Shown here: positions 52,084 through 64,000 of the stretch, piece by piece
Position numbering within the stretch: the first letter of the stretch is position 1
How the letters are laid out: every line of letters starts with the position of its first letter
Source: Negaprion brevirostris
Taxonomy: Eukaryota
Direction of reading: 5' to 3'
NCBI GenBank assembly: GCA_030324005.1
Contig: JARDVH010000001.1
Span: 111,652,299-111,716,298 of the forward strand
DNA: 64,000 bases
Made by a program: the position numbers and the translations under genes
Notes under the pieces: model-generated
What the model was told of the DNA's origin: nothing
What the model saw: only the letters and a program-made list of their open reading frames with translations
Database searches by the model: none

Positions 52084-52677
52084 GGGCTGAATTTTTCCAG
52101 CCCCTATGGAGGCAATGTTGGAGGTGGGCAAGGATACATGATTGACTTGCGTTGAATCAGCTCCACAAATATTTCAATCTACATATACTTGTCCCAGGTA
52201 CAAGGGCAAGATTTTTCAGATGGCGATGTTTCCAATGTTGTTGGAAACAATGTTCCCAATCACATCAACTGAAGAGCTGTAAGGCTGAAGAATTAATTCA
52301 ATGCTCCAAGAAGCATTAATTGGCTGGAGGCAGAACTCCCACCCATCACTTGGGCGGAAGTTCTGTCTCAGAGAGCTGCCAACCTATCTGATTGGCTAAT
52401 GGGTTTTTTTTTGTCCTTGCAGTGCTTGTATCAGTGGTGGCCAGGACTGGGACTACAAGCAGTCTCTAGATTCGAATTCCCAGCAGAATTTGCTAGCCCT
52501 CCTGACACTACCCCACCATGAGTTTTTCCATGGCAGAGGTGCCTCATCATTTGTTGCCAAGTGGGATCTGCTGCTCCCATGGAAGTAAATGGCAACCTGC
52601 ATGGCTCACCTGTCCCACTGCCAGAGGAACTTGAGGGACATTACATCTCGTGGAAGAAAGGCTGGAGAATCCTGTCC
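52084..52677. mobile_element. Harbinger-like TIR element
   Basis: TIRs gggctgaatttttccagccc / aggctggagaatcctgtcc, with core 'ggcggaagttctgtctcagagagctgccaacctatctgattggc'. Confidence 0.55.
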
Positions 52678-52870
52678 AGAGGAAACACTCCGCAGAATCT
52701 TGGGGGCTCTATGGCTTAGGCAAAATGGCACTGAGCACCTAGACAAGGACGTCCTGCTCCAATTTCACTGGTAGGGGAATAGGGCAGGATGTGATTCATG
52801 TAAAGAGGTCAGATCTGTTCAAGATTAAATAAGTCACTAATGAAGTTTATAACACAATGTCAATAAATAT

Positions 52871-53447
52871 TGATTTGATTTATTATTGTCACATGTACTA
52901 GTGTACAGATAAAAGTATTGCTATACAGACAAAACACACCGTTCATAGAGAAGGAAAGGAGAGTGCAGAATGTAGTTTTATTGAATGTAGCATAGCTAGG
53001 GTGTCGAGAAAGATCAACTTAGTGCGGGGTAGGTCCATTCAAAAGTCTGATGGCAGCAGGAAAGAAGCTATTTTTGAGTCGGTTGGTATGTGACTTTAGA
53101 CTTTGGTACCTTTTTCCTGGCGGAAGAAGGTGGAAGAGAGTATGTCTGGGTTGCATGGGATCCTTAATTATGCTGGCTGCTTTTCCAAGGCAGCAGGAAG
53201 TGAAAACAGAGTCAATGTATAGGACGCTGGTTTGTGATGGATTGGGCTTCGTTCAAGACCCTTTGTAGTTTCTTGCAGTTTTGGACAAAACAGGAGTCAT
53301 ACCAACCAGATACAACCAGAAAGAATACTTTCTATGGTGCATCTTTAAAAGTTGGTGAAAGTCATAGCTGACATGCCAAATTTCCTTAGCCTTCGGAGAA
53401 AGTAGAGGCGTTGATGGATTTTCTTAACTATGATGTCGGCATGGGGA
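52871..53447 (-). mobile_element. Rex1/Babar LINE 3' fragment
   Basis: Minus strand reads IVKKIHQRLYF...RRLRKFGMS...RCTIESILSGCI...KAASIIKDPMQP...TNRLKNSFFPAAIRLLN, with tail 'catgtgacaataataaatcaaatcaa'. Confidence 0.9.
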
Positions 53448-53474
53448 CACACGCACACACATACACACAGACAC

Positions 53475-54085
53475 TGAGCTCTGACCAAATAAGGACAGCA
53501 TTTGTGTATTCCCCAGTTTTGGATAGATTCTCTGGCATCTCAGATTCCCACTATTGCCTCACATGGAAAGGGACAACATTCACTGTCGGCACCTGGGGAT
53601 GGACACCTAGGGGGCCCTGGAGACTTCCATACATGGAATCAGCAATCCCATTACGGTAACTTCATTGGCTGAAAGCCAGAGAACATTCTAGAAGGATGTG
53701 AAGAGGGGGATAAGAAGAGACACCAGCAGGCCATCCGCAGCAAAGCTTCAGTGTTGGCAGCAGAGATGCAGTGAAGATACAGCGAGGAAGTAGCAAAGTC
53801 TCGAGATCAACCTTTGCCACATGGAAGGCCCTGAGATTGGAAATCAGCGAAGACCCAAGACCAAGATTCATTGCTGGTGGAGTGAGCCTGGCCTGTTCAA
53901 ATCTCACAAGTCATATCTAGATCTCGGATAAATTAAGATAGAATTGTTTATTTGAGGTAAAATAGTGTTGTAGGATGTTCGGTTACACAAGTATTGAAAT
54001 AAAGACCAAAATTTATTTTAAGTGTAATTGTGAGTCAATCTATTTTTGTTTATCTCACAAGTAAGAGCACCAGGGTCAATGAGTT
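53475..54085 (+). mobile_element. Possible solo LTR
   Basis: ATTGG (reverse CCAAT) at about 53665, a TATA-like 'ggggataaga', a purine-rich R-like segment, and AATAAA at 53998. The termini are unclear. Confidence 0.35.
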
Positions 54086-54089
54086 TTAG

Positions 54090-54590
54090 TGCAAACTAAT
54101 TGAAGTGTCTAATCTCCAGATTAAACTTGTTACTACTGGAATGGTTCCAGTGTCCTCTACTGTGAATGCCGAGGCAAAATATTGATTTGGTGTCTCTGCT
54201 ATTTCTATGATTCCCATTCGTAACTCCCCAGTCTTGTCCTGTAACAGATCAATGTTGACTTTAGCCACTCTCTTCTTTTTTAAATGCTTGTAGAATCTTT
54301 TGCTATCCAAGTTTATGTTTTATGCTAGGTTTCTTTCATAATTTACCTTTGCTTTTTTTTGTTACTTTTTTAGTAACCCGATGTTGATCTTTAAAAGTTT
54401 CCCAATTCTACAGCCTACCATTGACCTTTCTAATATGGCATATCTTAGTTTTTGTCCTTTTGTTATCTTTAACCTCCTTGCTTCACCCCCTCCTTTACAA
54501 TCTTTCTTCCTTTCTGGGGTATATTTCAGTGCTATGCCTATTTTTAAAAACACATGTCATAATTAAAAGTTTAACATGTCTGTATATAAT
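54090..54590 (-). mobile_element. CR1 ORF2 fragment (endonuclease-RT linker)
   Basis: Reads DSKRFYKHLKKKRVAKVNI...NQYFASAFTVED. Confidence 0.85.
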
Positions 54591-54699
54591 TCAGAGCTTC
54601 CCTCCATCACCATGACAATATTCATTATAGAGGTGATCAAATATTGAATGCTAAGAGAATTGAGGGATGTAGGAGGAAATTTGAGTTGAGGTAGAAAAT

Positions 54700-55340
54700 C
54701 AGGCAATAAAGAAGGCAAATGATATGTTGGCCTTTATTGTGAGAGGATTTGGGTATAGGGACAGGGATGTTTTTCTGCAATTGTATAGGGCATTGGTGAG
54801 GCCACACCTGGCTTATTGTGTGCAGTTTTGGTGTCCTTATCTGAGGAAGGATATCCTTGCAATAGAGGGAGTACAGCTAAGGTTTACCAGGCTGACTCCT
54901 GGGATGAAAGGTCTGTCATATGAAGAGAGCTTAAGTCAGTTAGGATTATATTCACTGGAGCTGAGAAGAGCAAGAGGGGATCTCATAGAAACTTATAAAA
55001 TTCTAACAGGGTTAGACAGGGTAGATTCAGGAAGAATGTTCCCAATGATGGGGGAGTCCAGAGCTGGGAGGTCATAGTTTGAGGATAAGGGATAAACCTT
55101 TCAGAACTGAGGTGAGGACAAATTGCTTCACCAAAAGGGTGGTGAATGTGTGGAATTCACTATCACCGGATGTAGTTGAGGCCAAAACGTTGTCTGATTT
55201 CAAGAAGAAATTAGATATAGCTCTTGGGGCTAAAAGGGTCAAGGGATATGGGAGGAAGTGGGGATCAGGATATTAAATTTGATGATCAGCCATGATCAAA
55301 ATGAATGGCTGAGCAGGTCCGAAAGGCCGAATGGCCTACA
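54700..55340 (+). mobile_element. CR1 LINE 3' end
   Basis: Reads KKANDMLAFI...LYRALVRPHLAYCVQFWCPYLRKD...RGDLIETYKIL...VWNSL, followed by the CR1 tail. Confidence 0.92.
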
Positions 55341-56929
55341 TCTATTTCTAGTCTGCATGTAAATGTGGGATCTCATGCTTTCTGCTTTTGAGCTTTGCTG
55401 GTGGATTATTTTTCACTTCTTTTCCATTTTGTCGAAGNNNNNNNNNNNNNNNNNNNNNNNNNNNNNNNNNNNNNNNNNNNNNNNNNNNNNNNNNNNNNNN
55501 NNNNNNNNNNNNNNNNNNNNNNNNNNNNNNNNNNNNNCAGAGATAAGAGGTAAATAATATGTGGAACTGTCAAGCTGTCCAGTTATGAAAATGGGCAGAC
55601 CTTTGAATTTTGGAAGAACAGACTGCCTGAGTTTTTGAGTTTAAAAAAAATGCTTGCAGTTTCAATTGCTTTCAATTCAATGGGCTTAATACTGAGCAAC
55701 ACAAGTGGGCCAAAGTCCAACAAACTGAGGAAGTTTTAACTAGCCCACCTTAGTACTTGGCAGCACCTGTGTCCACCTGCAAATGGTGTCATGGCAGGGA
55801 GGGGAGATGTGGTATGGTGGGGAGGAGGAGGGGTGGGGTCTTGATGGAGAGGCCTTGAGGATACGGGGGGGAGAAACTGTGTAGTATCCATGGCAGGAAG
55901 ACCTAGATGGAGGAAGGTCCAAAGTGGAAAGGGAGCCCTTGAAGGTGGTGTTCCCCATGCCTGAACAGGGGAACCTGTGGGTTTCCCCACTGTCCCCAAC
56001 ATATTCTGCCAGCCTGAAAATTGGACTTGAAATTGGACTCGAAATTGCCCTCAAGTGGCTGACAATTTTCCCCTTATGGGCCTCACTTAGGACAGCCCAT
56101 CCACCTTGCCCTAAATCTCATCTGCCAAGTAAAAATGCAGACAGGTCGGAGATAATTGGGAGGGCACTGAGAAAGCTGTCCAAGGAATTTTGGAGGTCCC
56201 TCCACCTGCAAACCTGCCAGCAGAAGACCATATAATTTCTATCCCAGGATTCAGTGGTGAGTGGCCAGTCATGGCAATGTAATGGGCAAGTAGCCCCAAC
56301 TGTGGAATTGTATTACAAATTTTGTGATGGCACATAGGTCCCACAATGTGTAAGGAGCCTGCAAACTAAGCACAGGCAGCTTCACAGAGGGAGGCCTGAA
56401 CCACAAACCTGTATTGCTGGCAATAAATCAGTAGCCAGGTCTCTAAAAGTAACAGGCATGTCATTGTAATCCCTTCATGGAGTCTTAGGTCTCTACTACC
56501 AAATTATTGTGCTGCAATGGCAATTGGGGCAACCCTACTGAAGGCGCCACTAACAGTCCTCACTCTGCATGGGCATGGATGACCCTCCCACATTGGAACC
56601 AACTGCTATCGTAATTGGACATTGCCTCCGGGAGTAGTTTCTTAAATAGCCACTCTCAGGAAGATTGTATCCAAAATCCCACCACAGCCACTTCCAGGCT
56701 CCAGACACAGAATTGAGGGAGCTGTTGGAATTGCAATCCATCCAAGAAAATTCAGTCCACAGTACATTAAGCACATCATTTAGGGTAAGTGTTCACCTTT
56801 AGCTCTGCCAGTGCAGATTTAACACGCCAGGAACGTGAAGGAGAAAATGTATCTCTTGTCTTCATTTTCATTAAAATAGGAATGAACCATTGTAAAGTTA
56901 AAGCTGTACGTGGTCAGCTTTGTTCAAAT

Positions 56930-57222
56930 GAAGTTCAAAGTTTATTTATTGGTGTCACAAGTAAGCTTATTTTAACACAACAACAGAGCTGTAAAAATCC
57001 TCTTGTTGCCACTCCCCGGTGTCTGTTTGGGTACACTGAGGGAGGATCCAGCACGGCCAATGCAGCTAACCAGCATGCATTTCGGACTGTAGGAGGAAAT
57101 CAGAGCACCTGGAGGACACCCACACATACATGGGGACAACATGCAGACTCTGCACAGTGACCCAAGCCAGGAATCGAACCCGGGTCTCTGGTGCTGTGAT
57201 GCAGCAGTGTTAACCATTGTAC
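56930..57222 (-). mobile_element. V-SINE subfamily with a non-CR1 tail
   Basis: HE1-type head (B-box gggttcgattcc) and V-domain, but the tail is 'aagcttacttgtgacaccaataaataaac'. Confidence 0.8.
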
Positions 57223-58799
57223 TCTCAAGACATATTTCTGAAACAATTATTTGGATTAGCATGCCAAACCACTCCGGTTAGGAAACACATCACTTTAAAG
57301 TGATATTTCTAATCATTAGCACTTGGTATAATTGTTCAAACTCTTAACAGCAGAAATGATGAACAAATGGGGCTTTTTACAAAATGGTGCTATCTTGGAT
57401 TGAGTCCACCATCGCATCACTGTTCATCATCAAAAAAGGATAACTGGAGTTCAGGTATTTCCCTTCGTGTGGAGCAAGAACCAGTGAACTTCCGAAGCAC
57501 TTCATAGCAGTGCATTGGTGAAGGCTTGAAAACAGCTTGCCCTCTCAGTGAAAACAAGAACTGTTGGATGAAGGACAGATTAAATTAAAGGGCTTCCATA
57601 TGCTCTGATGAAGCAAAATAGATAACTGTCATACTGAACAACACAGATCACAGTTCTAAATATGGAGCAAGGAATTTAAAAAACTTTTACAGTGATTGCA
57701 TATCATAAAATGATTTTAAAAAGGACTGACAATTAAACGTCTGCCATCACATTAAATTGGATTTTCTTCAAAAATCTAATTCAGTACTGCATTTGTTGCC
57801 ATGCTTAATCTCTAACTTCTGCATCAGCTGAGCTACATAAAACCACTGGTCACTGTGCTAAAATTGACATCAGCTGTAGATTACTGGGTAAAATAATGTA
57901 TTAAGCAAGTGATTATACTTGAAAGTAGCTTAATTTGCAGATGTTCCGATTGTAGCAGATCCAACTGAGACTGCAGCCAATGATATTAGTCATGTTGCAA
58001 CCACATACTGATTTGTATTTTATAAGATCTAACAATACACCCCCAGATCACAGGAGTTCAAAAGTGCACTTGAAATTTACCACGAAGCTTGGCTTTTTTA
58101 TTGAGCAAAGATTCTGTTGTATCGGTGTGACTTTCTGGTGGCAATTTTATACTAAATTTTTATCACATTACTGGGGGCACCTGGGTGTTATTCTATTGGT
58201 TTTGCCCCTCACAAATCCTATCCAATAGAAGCTATCTGCGGAGACTGATGAGGATTTTCATAGTTCTCAAGCTGTTTCTATGACTTTTTCAGAATAGATC
58301 TCAAGCTCCATGGGTGATGAAGCTACAATGCAGAAATAATGGCTAGTTACCATTGAAAACCCCGAGCTATTGTAGCCAAGCTCACTATCCTCAATGGAGT
58401 AAAGACAGGAAACAACACAATATGTTTCAGATAGCACAGTAGCCAACCAATCATGTTCAGGTCCAGGATATTAGGATGTGGACTACTGAGCATTTCTAAG
58501 CTGCTTCAAAAGCCTAAAGGATATGAAAAGATATACAAATCACACATTATGGGCATCCAGCAAGGTACTGCATATTTTGCAGATTCAAATACTTGAGTTT
58601 TTATTATACATTGTGTTTACAAGTTTCAAGCTGCTAACTTAAGTTCTGATAAATGGTGTCATTTGAAGCTATGACTTATCCTTGCAGTGGAACAGATATT
58701 GTGTAAAAAAAAACTTGTCATATTATCAGTGGACATGCCAGGATAGTACAGGGGAGCTACTGCAGTGATCTACAAGTCTTGTTGAATGGATCTTGCCCA

Positions 58800-60360
58800 A
58801 ATGCCTGAACTTTCACTCCCAGAACGAATTAAGAGGCAGCTACAAAGGCTGCCAAGCACTAAGGTGGGCTAATTAAAAGGCCCAACTTGGTGATTTGGGA
58901 CTTAATCCCAGTTACAATAAAAACAACAAAACAGAAAATAATCCTCTAGCCCTCAATCCTCACATCTCCTGACCCCAAACACATTCCCCATGTCCCATCC
59001 ATGCCACCTTATATCCCCCATCCAATTCCCTCATGGCCCCTCATATCCTCTGTGCCAAACTAAATGCTCCTCTACCCACACCAGTGAACCCCTCATATTG
59101 TCCATAGCAAGATCCCACTCTGCCTCACAGCCCTTAATTGCCCATATGCCAACTCATGCAAACCATGGCCCCCACACACCAACCTTTGCCCTTACACTGT
59201 CCATTCCAACTCACTCAGTATCCACCATAGACAGACCTCAAAGGCCATGATAAGATGAAATAAAGTTCTAAAGGCCAGGACTTTCCTGTCCTGCCAAGCA
59301 GAGTGGTCATAGGTGGAATGGAAAATTTGACGGTCCAGTGAAAGGTCAGTTGTCTTCAGGCCATCCAAAGTATTTATTGCACACATCAATATATTATAAA
59401 AACATACTGAATGATATTTAAATCCATTCAAGTACTTAGTCCCTCATATAAAACAAATATTCCCTTCAAGTACTTAATCCCATATGAAAATACACATTTG
59501 TCTTCACAGTCCACATCAAAGACCATTTGAAGCTGGGAACCCAACTGTACACACTCTCACTATGATTATGATCACAGTCAAGCAGCACAACCTTACTATA
59601 ATTACTTCAAATCAGACCATTGAAATTGGTTGATTGGAATATGAACTCCCTGATTAAGGAGTCAATTGATGGGCCAATCAGGGAGTCTTTTCCAGTATCA
59701 GTTCCTCTGGGACTCCCAAAGGTAAACTGCTGATTGATAGCACTCTGTGTACTGCTGTTAGAATTGTAAATAAAGGGATTTTGGTGAAGGGACTTCAGCC
59801 TTCGAAGACTTAGTACACTTGTGTCAACGAGCAGTGAAATAGCAAGCATAATTTTGTTTTCAACTGCAGGCTGGATTGTTTTAAAAAAAATGTAATGTGT
59901 CTTGTGATTTAAATGGCTTGACAGTTCCATGCAATTTGACCTCGGTTTATACACATTCGTGTCTACTGTTACAAGCCAGAGGGATATCTGTCCTATCCCA
60001 AAGACCATCTGTTCTCTCCCAAAAGGCAACTTATCAAAAGGGATATTTTACCTCTCCAACCAACTCCAGCAGCTGTAGGCCTTTCCCTCAAATGTATAAA
60101 GTTCATGGGTTGTATTTTGAATTTCAACAACAACAATTGGATCTGTTTGCACTTTTATGTGTGCAGCTGCATCTATGAACCATCACTGAGCAAAATACAA
60201 CCTACTTTCATTTCCAACTCCCCTCCCCGCAAAATCATTGCCCACCCTCCCCTTCCCACTACTCTCCAGCAAAAATGGGTTCAGGACTTCTGGAATCAGG
60301 GCTCTGTTGCCATTTTGGCTAAGGTGCAGACCCAATCCATCTCTGCAAAAGTTTAGACCA
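58800..60360. mobile_element. Long Harbinger-like element (same family as 15482-16610)
   Basis: CCATG-rich tract at 58980-59230, a shared 'cttcaagt...caaagac...tttga' block, and the end 'gcaaaagtttagacc'. Confidence 0.4.
59597..59817 (+). mobile_element. Probable Gypsy solo LTR
   Basis: TA...CA ends (TG decayed), the internal inverted repeat actccctgatt/aatcagggagt, and 'tgtaaataaagggattttggtgaagggac' near the 3' end. Confidence 0.55.
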
Positions 60361-61484
60361 TAAAATAAGAAATAATTATTCTTTAGTTTTCTACCCTGAA
60401 CAAAATATTTTACTTAGGCAACAGCTTCTCTGCTTACATAAATGAATCAGGTGTGACAGCACTCACATTTCTAACTTAAGAATAGCAGTTTTGATATAGA
60501 AGGGTCAAAGAATCCTATTCTTGTACAAATGTGATTATCAAGATTTATTTCATTCTTGTTTCATTGTTTAGTTATCAGAATTTTAGGAGCATGAATAAAT
60601 TGGTTTTTAATGATAAAAGTTTTCAAGGGTTTACAATTTTTTTGCCTTGTACCTCTCCTGCAAATGTTGACACCATGAGGAAAAGTATTTGAAGATCAGC
60701 ATCTACTTATTAATATCACTTTACCTATGTTCAATAAAGATTTTCTCTCTCTTGTGGTATCATGGAACTGCTGATGGGAGAAGATTCAGAATTGTAGGTG
60801 AAAGCAATTTTCAAAGGATTCCAGGCAATCCTCTAAGTATTAAATGCAGTCTGATGATAAACACAAATGGGGAAGATTTGTATTTGCACCATCTGCTTCC
60901 ATTTTATTTGCCAATAATTTTGCAACCAAAGAAAATTCCTTTCAGCTATATTCTACTTCAAAGTCCTGACCTCCCATAGCTTCCTTTGCAAAACCACCAG
61001 TACTGCCTCCAGAGTACCTTGAGGCATCTAACTAATGGAGATATGAGTCAGTGCATTCTGATTTTGACTGTTAAAAATAAACCCTTTACCAATGGAACTC
61101 TTGCACTACTTAATAAAAAGAGAACAGCATTTGTATAACCAAGTCGAGCATAGCTATTCCTTTGTGTCAGTAAAAGTACTCCACTCTTTATGGCAAACAA
61201 AAAGTATTTCCCTGATTATATGTCATTAAAACTATAATTCTAGCCCTCACTGGAGGTACAAAATACTCAAATAAATTAAATGTTGTTTGTCACTGTATAT
61301 AGTACAACTGGGAAGTTACTTCTGTATGTGCAACATTATTTTACAGAATTATGCAACCAACATTACCAGGCTGTTAAGAGTTTAAGAACTTGGAACTCAA
61401 CACATAACTGAACAGTTTTCATTAAGTCAAACTGTACACAATATGATAATAGGTATATTGCAATTAACAGATTTTAATGCAATA

Positions 61485-62165
61485 AAAACAAAGAACATTG
61501 CAACACAGGAAGGCCTTTGGCCCTCCAACCCTGCACTGACTACACTGCCCGACTTAACTAAAACCCCCTACCTTTCCGGGGACCATATCCCTCTATTCCC
61601 ATCCTATTCATGTACTTGTCAAAATGCATCTTAATAGTCACTACTGTATCCACCTCCCCCTGCAACAAGTTCCAGGCACCCACTACTCACTGTATAAAAA
61701 CATCTGCCTCGTACATCTCCTTTAAACCTTGCACCTCACACCTTAAATCTATGCCCCCTCGTAATAGACTCTTCTACCCTGGGAAAAAGCTTCTGACTAT
61801 CCACTCTTTCCAAGCCTCTCATAATCTTGTAGACTTCTACCAGGTCTCCCTTAAACCTCTGTCGCTCCAGTGAGAACAAACCAAAATTCTCCAATCTCTC
61901 CTCATAGTTAATGCCCTCCTTACCAGGCAACATCCTGGTAAATCTTTTCTGTTCCCTCTTCAAAGCTTCCACATCCTTCTGGTAGTGTGGCGACCAGAAC
62001 TGAATACTATATTCCATGCGTGGCCTAACTAAGGTTCTATGAAGCTGCAACATGACTTGCCAATTTTTAAACTCAATGCCCCGGCCGATGAAAGCGAGCA
62101 TGCCATATGCCTTCTTGACTACCTTCTCCACTTGCATTGCCACTTTCAGTGACCTGTTTACCTGA
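61485..62165 (-). mobile_element. CR1 LINE 3' end
   Basis: ORF 61736-62239 reads VVKKAYGMLAFIGRGIE...LVRPRMEYSIQFWSPHY...GDLVEVYKIMRG...TRGHRFKV. Confidence 0.92.
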
Positions 62166-62295
62166 AATACAACAAGTGCAACACTGAATTCAGGAAACAT
62201 GTGGTATATAACTAAAAAAACACACCAAAAACATGACATTTAAAAGATTATAATGCAATTGGTGACAAAGCATAAAATGAGTAGCGGTAAATGTG

Positions 62296-62558
62296 AGCAG
62301 CACAGTGCACAGTGGTTAGCACTGCTGCCTCACAGTGCCAGAGACCTGGGTTCAATCCCTGGCTTGGGTGGAGTTTGCACTTTCTCACCATGTCTGTGTG
62401 GGTTTCCTCTAGACGCTCCAGTTTCCTCCCATAGTGAGAGAGACGTGTTGGTTAGGTGCATTGACCCGAACAGTCGCTGCAACATGGTGACTAGGGGAAT
62501 TTCACTAACTTCATTGCAGTGCTAATGTAAGCCTTACTTTATTTATTAATAAATAAAT
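62296..62558 (+). mobile_element. V-SINE subfamily with a non-CR1 tail
   Basis: Head 'cagtggttagcactgctgcctcacagtgccagagacctgggttcaatcc' and tail 'acttcattgcagtgctaatgtaagccttact...taataaataaa'. Confidence 0.85.
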
Positions 62559-62561
62559 GGT

Positions 62562-62692
62562 ACAAAAGCAAAATACATACTGTAGATCAGAAATAATACA
62601 GAAAATGCTGGCAAGACTCAGCAGATCCAGTACCTTCTAGTAACTCTATTTACTCTATTAATGTTTTAACTCTATGATCTTTTGTCAGAAAC
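62562..62692 (-). mobile_element. Short Penelope-type element, same family as 24792-24920, more decayed
   Basis: Shares 'aaaagcaaaatac', 'acagaaaatgctgg' and 'tttgtcaga' with the other copy. The minus strand reads CTGACAA...AAAACATT. Confidence 0.55.
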
Positions 62693-64000
62693 CTCTAGTA
62701 ACAACTACTTCCCCTCCAATATCGTCAGAAAGATGAGGGGTAACTTTTGGCGGTTGATATGGCAATTCATCTCTGAGATATACAGAAATGAGTACTAAAC
62801 TGTGAAACATATTGCAACCACCTTGCTTTCCAATCCTAAAATTGGACTCCTGGTATTACAATAATAGGAAATTCTGGCAATGTTTTCTTCCGTTACGTAC
62901 TGTAACTATAGCAATAAAAAGTTTCAAGACCTAAAGCGATGGGAGAAAAAAAACTTTATTTTAGGAAACTACAAGGTGAAACCAGCATTTAGATCTGGAA
63001 CTCAAGCAGGAAAGAGCCAGTACTATACCATAATGGGCTTCTGGTCAGCCACCAACATGTCATTAAACATTTAGACACCTAACTCTGGACACCATGGACT
63101 ATTTCAGTGAGCAATATAAAAGCCTTTAACAACAAGGATGGAACATGATGAGGATAGGCGGTTCACCACTTACACAAACAATGCATCAATATGAACTTAT
63201 TCCCATTCATTTATCTCCAGGATATACCCGCCAACCACACAAGTGCACGCACAACAGAACCACAATACTGATGAACTATTACAAAACAATTGATTAAAGT
63301 ACCAGATTATAGTCATTCCTGGCTACTAAATCTGCTATGGAGTTGCAATTGATGACTACTAAAAGTGCATGAGCTTGAAACCATTCTATTCACATGTAAT
63401 GCCAGGTCTTTTTGATAGGGTCAGGTGATTTGAAATGATTCCAGATTTACTTAAATATTGAAATTTCATTGTTCAAATTTTGCTAAATTAAATTTATTGC
63501 TTTGATTCACAGGTCATTTTCACCAAAGCTGAGACAACTCAAATAGGGCTGTAGCTCCAAATCCCCCTTCCAGTTCTAAGACTCAAAAGTAGTAGTTTAC
63601 CCACTGAAGTGGGCCCTGAGTTACTTTTGTTATTTTTTCTCTCTGTCCACTATTCTGATTGAACAGGAAGATCTGAAATAAAGAATGGTAGGAGTATACA
63701 GATATGAGAACAAAGCATGATGCTTTGAGATCTTATGTCATCAATGGCAACTGCCTGAACTGAAATAGCAATTAAACTTGTGGGTTCTTTTACACATGTA
63801 CTTATGTTAATACCATCTATAAAACTAAACTTTTTTCATTTGTGAGCCTATTAGAATAAGAACGAAAATGGTTATCCTTGCACAATGATAGAATGCAGAA
63901 TTTACTTTAAATTAAGAAGATGCCTGTAGCATTCATCAGTATGGAATTACTCAGTTTTAGGCAGCTTCCCTTTGATAATTAATCTCCTTACTCAAAGGCA

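Noticed and set aside
62296-62370. tRNA gene (A and B boxes present)
   Set aside because: It is a SINE head that continues into the V-domain, with no proper cloverleaf or acceptor stem.
63140-63275. Box C/D snoRNA (ATGATGA ... CTGA)
   Set aside because: There is no terminal stem, the spacing is long, and I see no rRNA antisense element.
1-64000. Endogenous viral (non-retroviral) genes, intact transposases or prokaryotic systems
   Set aside because: I saw no such motifs in the ORF track or in my manual translations of selected regions. Highly degraded remnants could be missed without BLASTx.

Overview
Vertebrate draft-assembly DNA with many N gaps, and the repeat content is typical of a cartilaginous fish (shark). 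The window is intronic or intergenic, and I cannot confidently identify any host protein-coding gene, tRNA or rRNA. It is a mosaic of decayed mobile elements: many CR1 LINE fragments, RTE, Rex1/Babar and L2 remnants, and a second CR1/L2-group LINE with a tail-sharing SINE. It also has HE1/V-SINEs, a DeuSINE split by a hAT element, numerous GC-rich TIR-bounded (PIF/Harbinger-like) elements, a degraded Gypsy gag-protease with a tRNA-Leu PBS, and solo LTRs. The most notable structures are Penelope-derived segments carrying minimal hammerhead-ribozyme motifs. One is an 83-bp-arm inverted repeat (3389-3572) whose tail resembles the tRNA-Ala 3' end; another is a 129-bp insert with a perfect 9-bp TSD (24792-24920). 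A few weak exon candidates and repeat-poor blocks are flagged. Family names come from my recall of motifs, not from database searches, and most boundaries are approximate.
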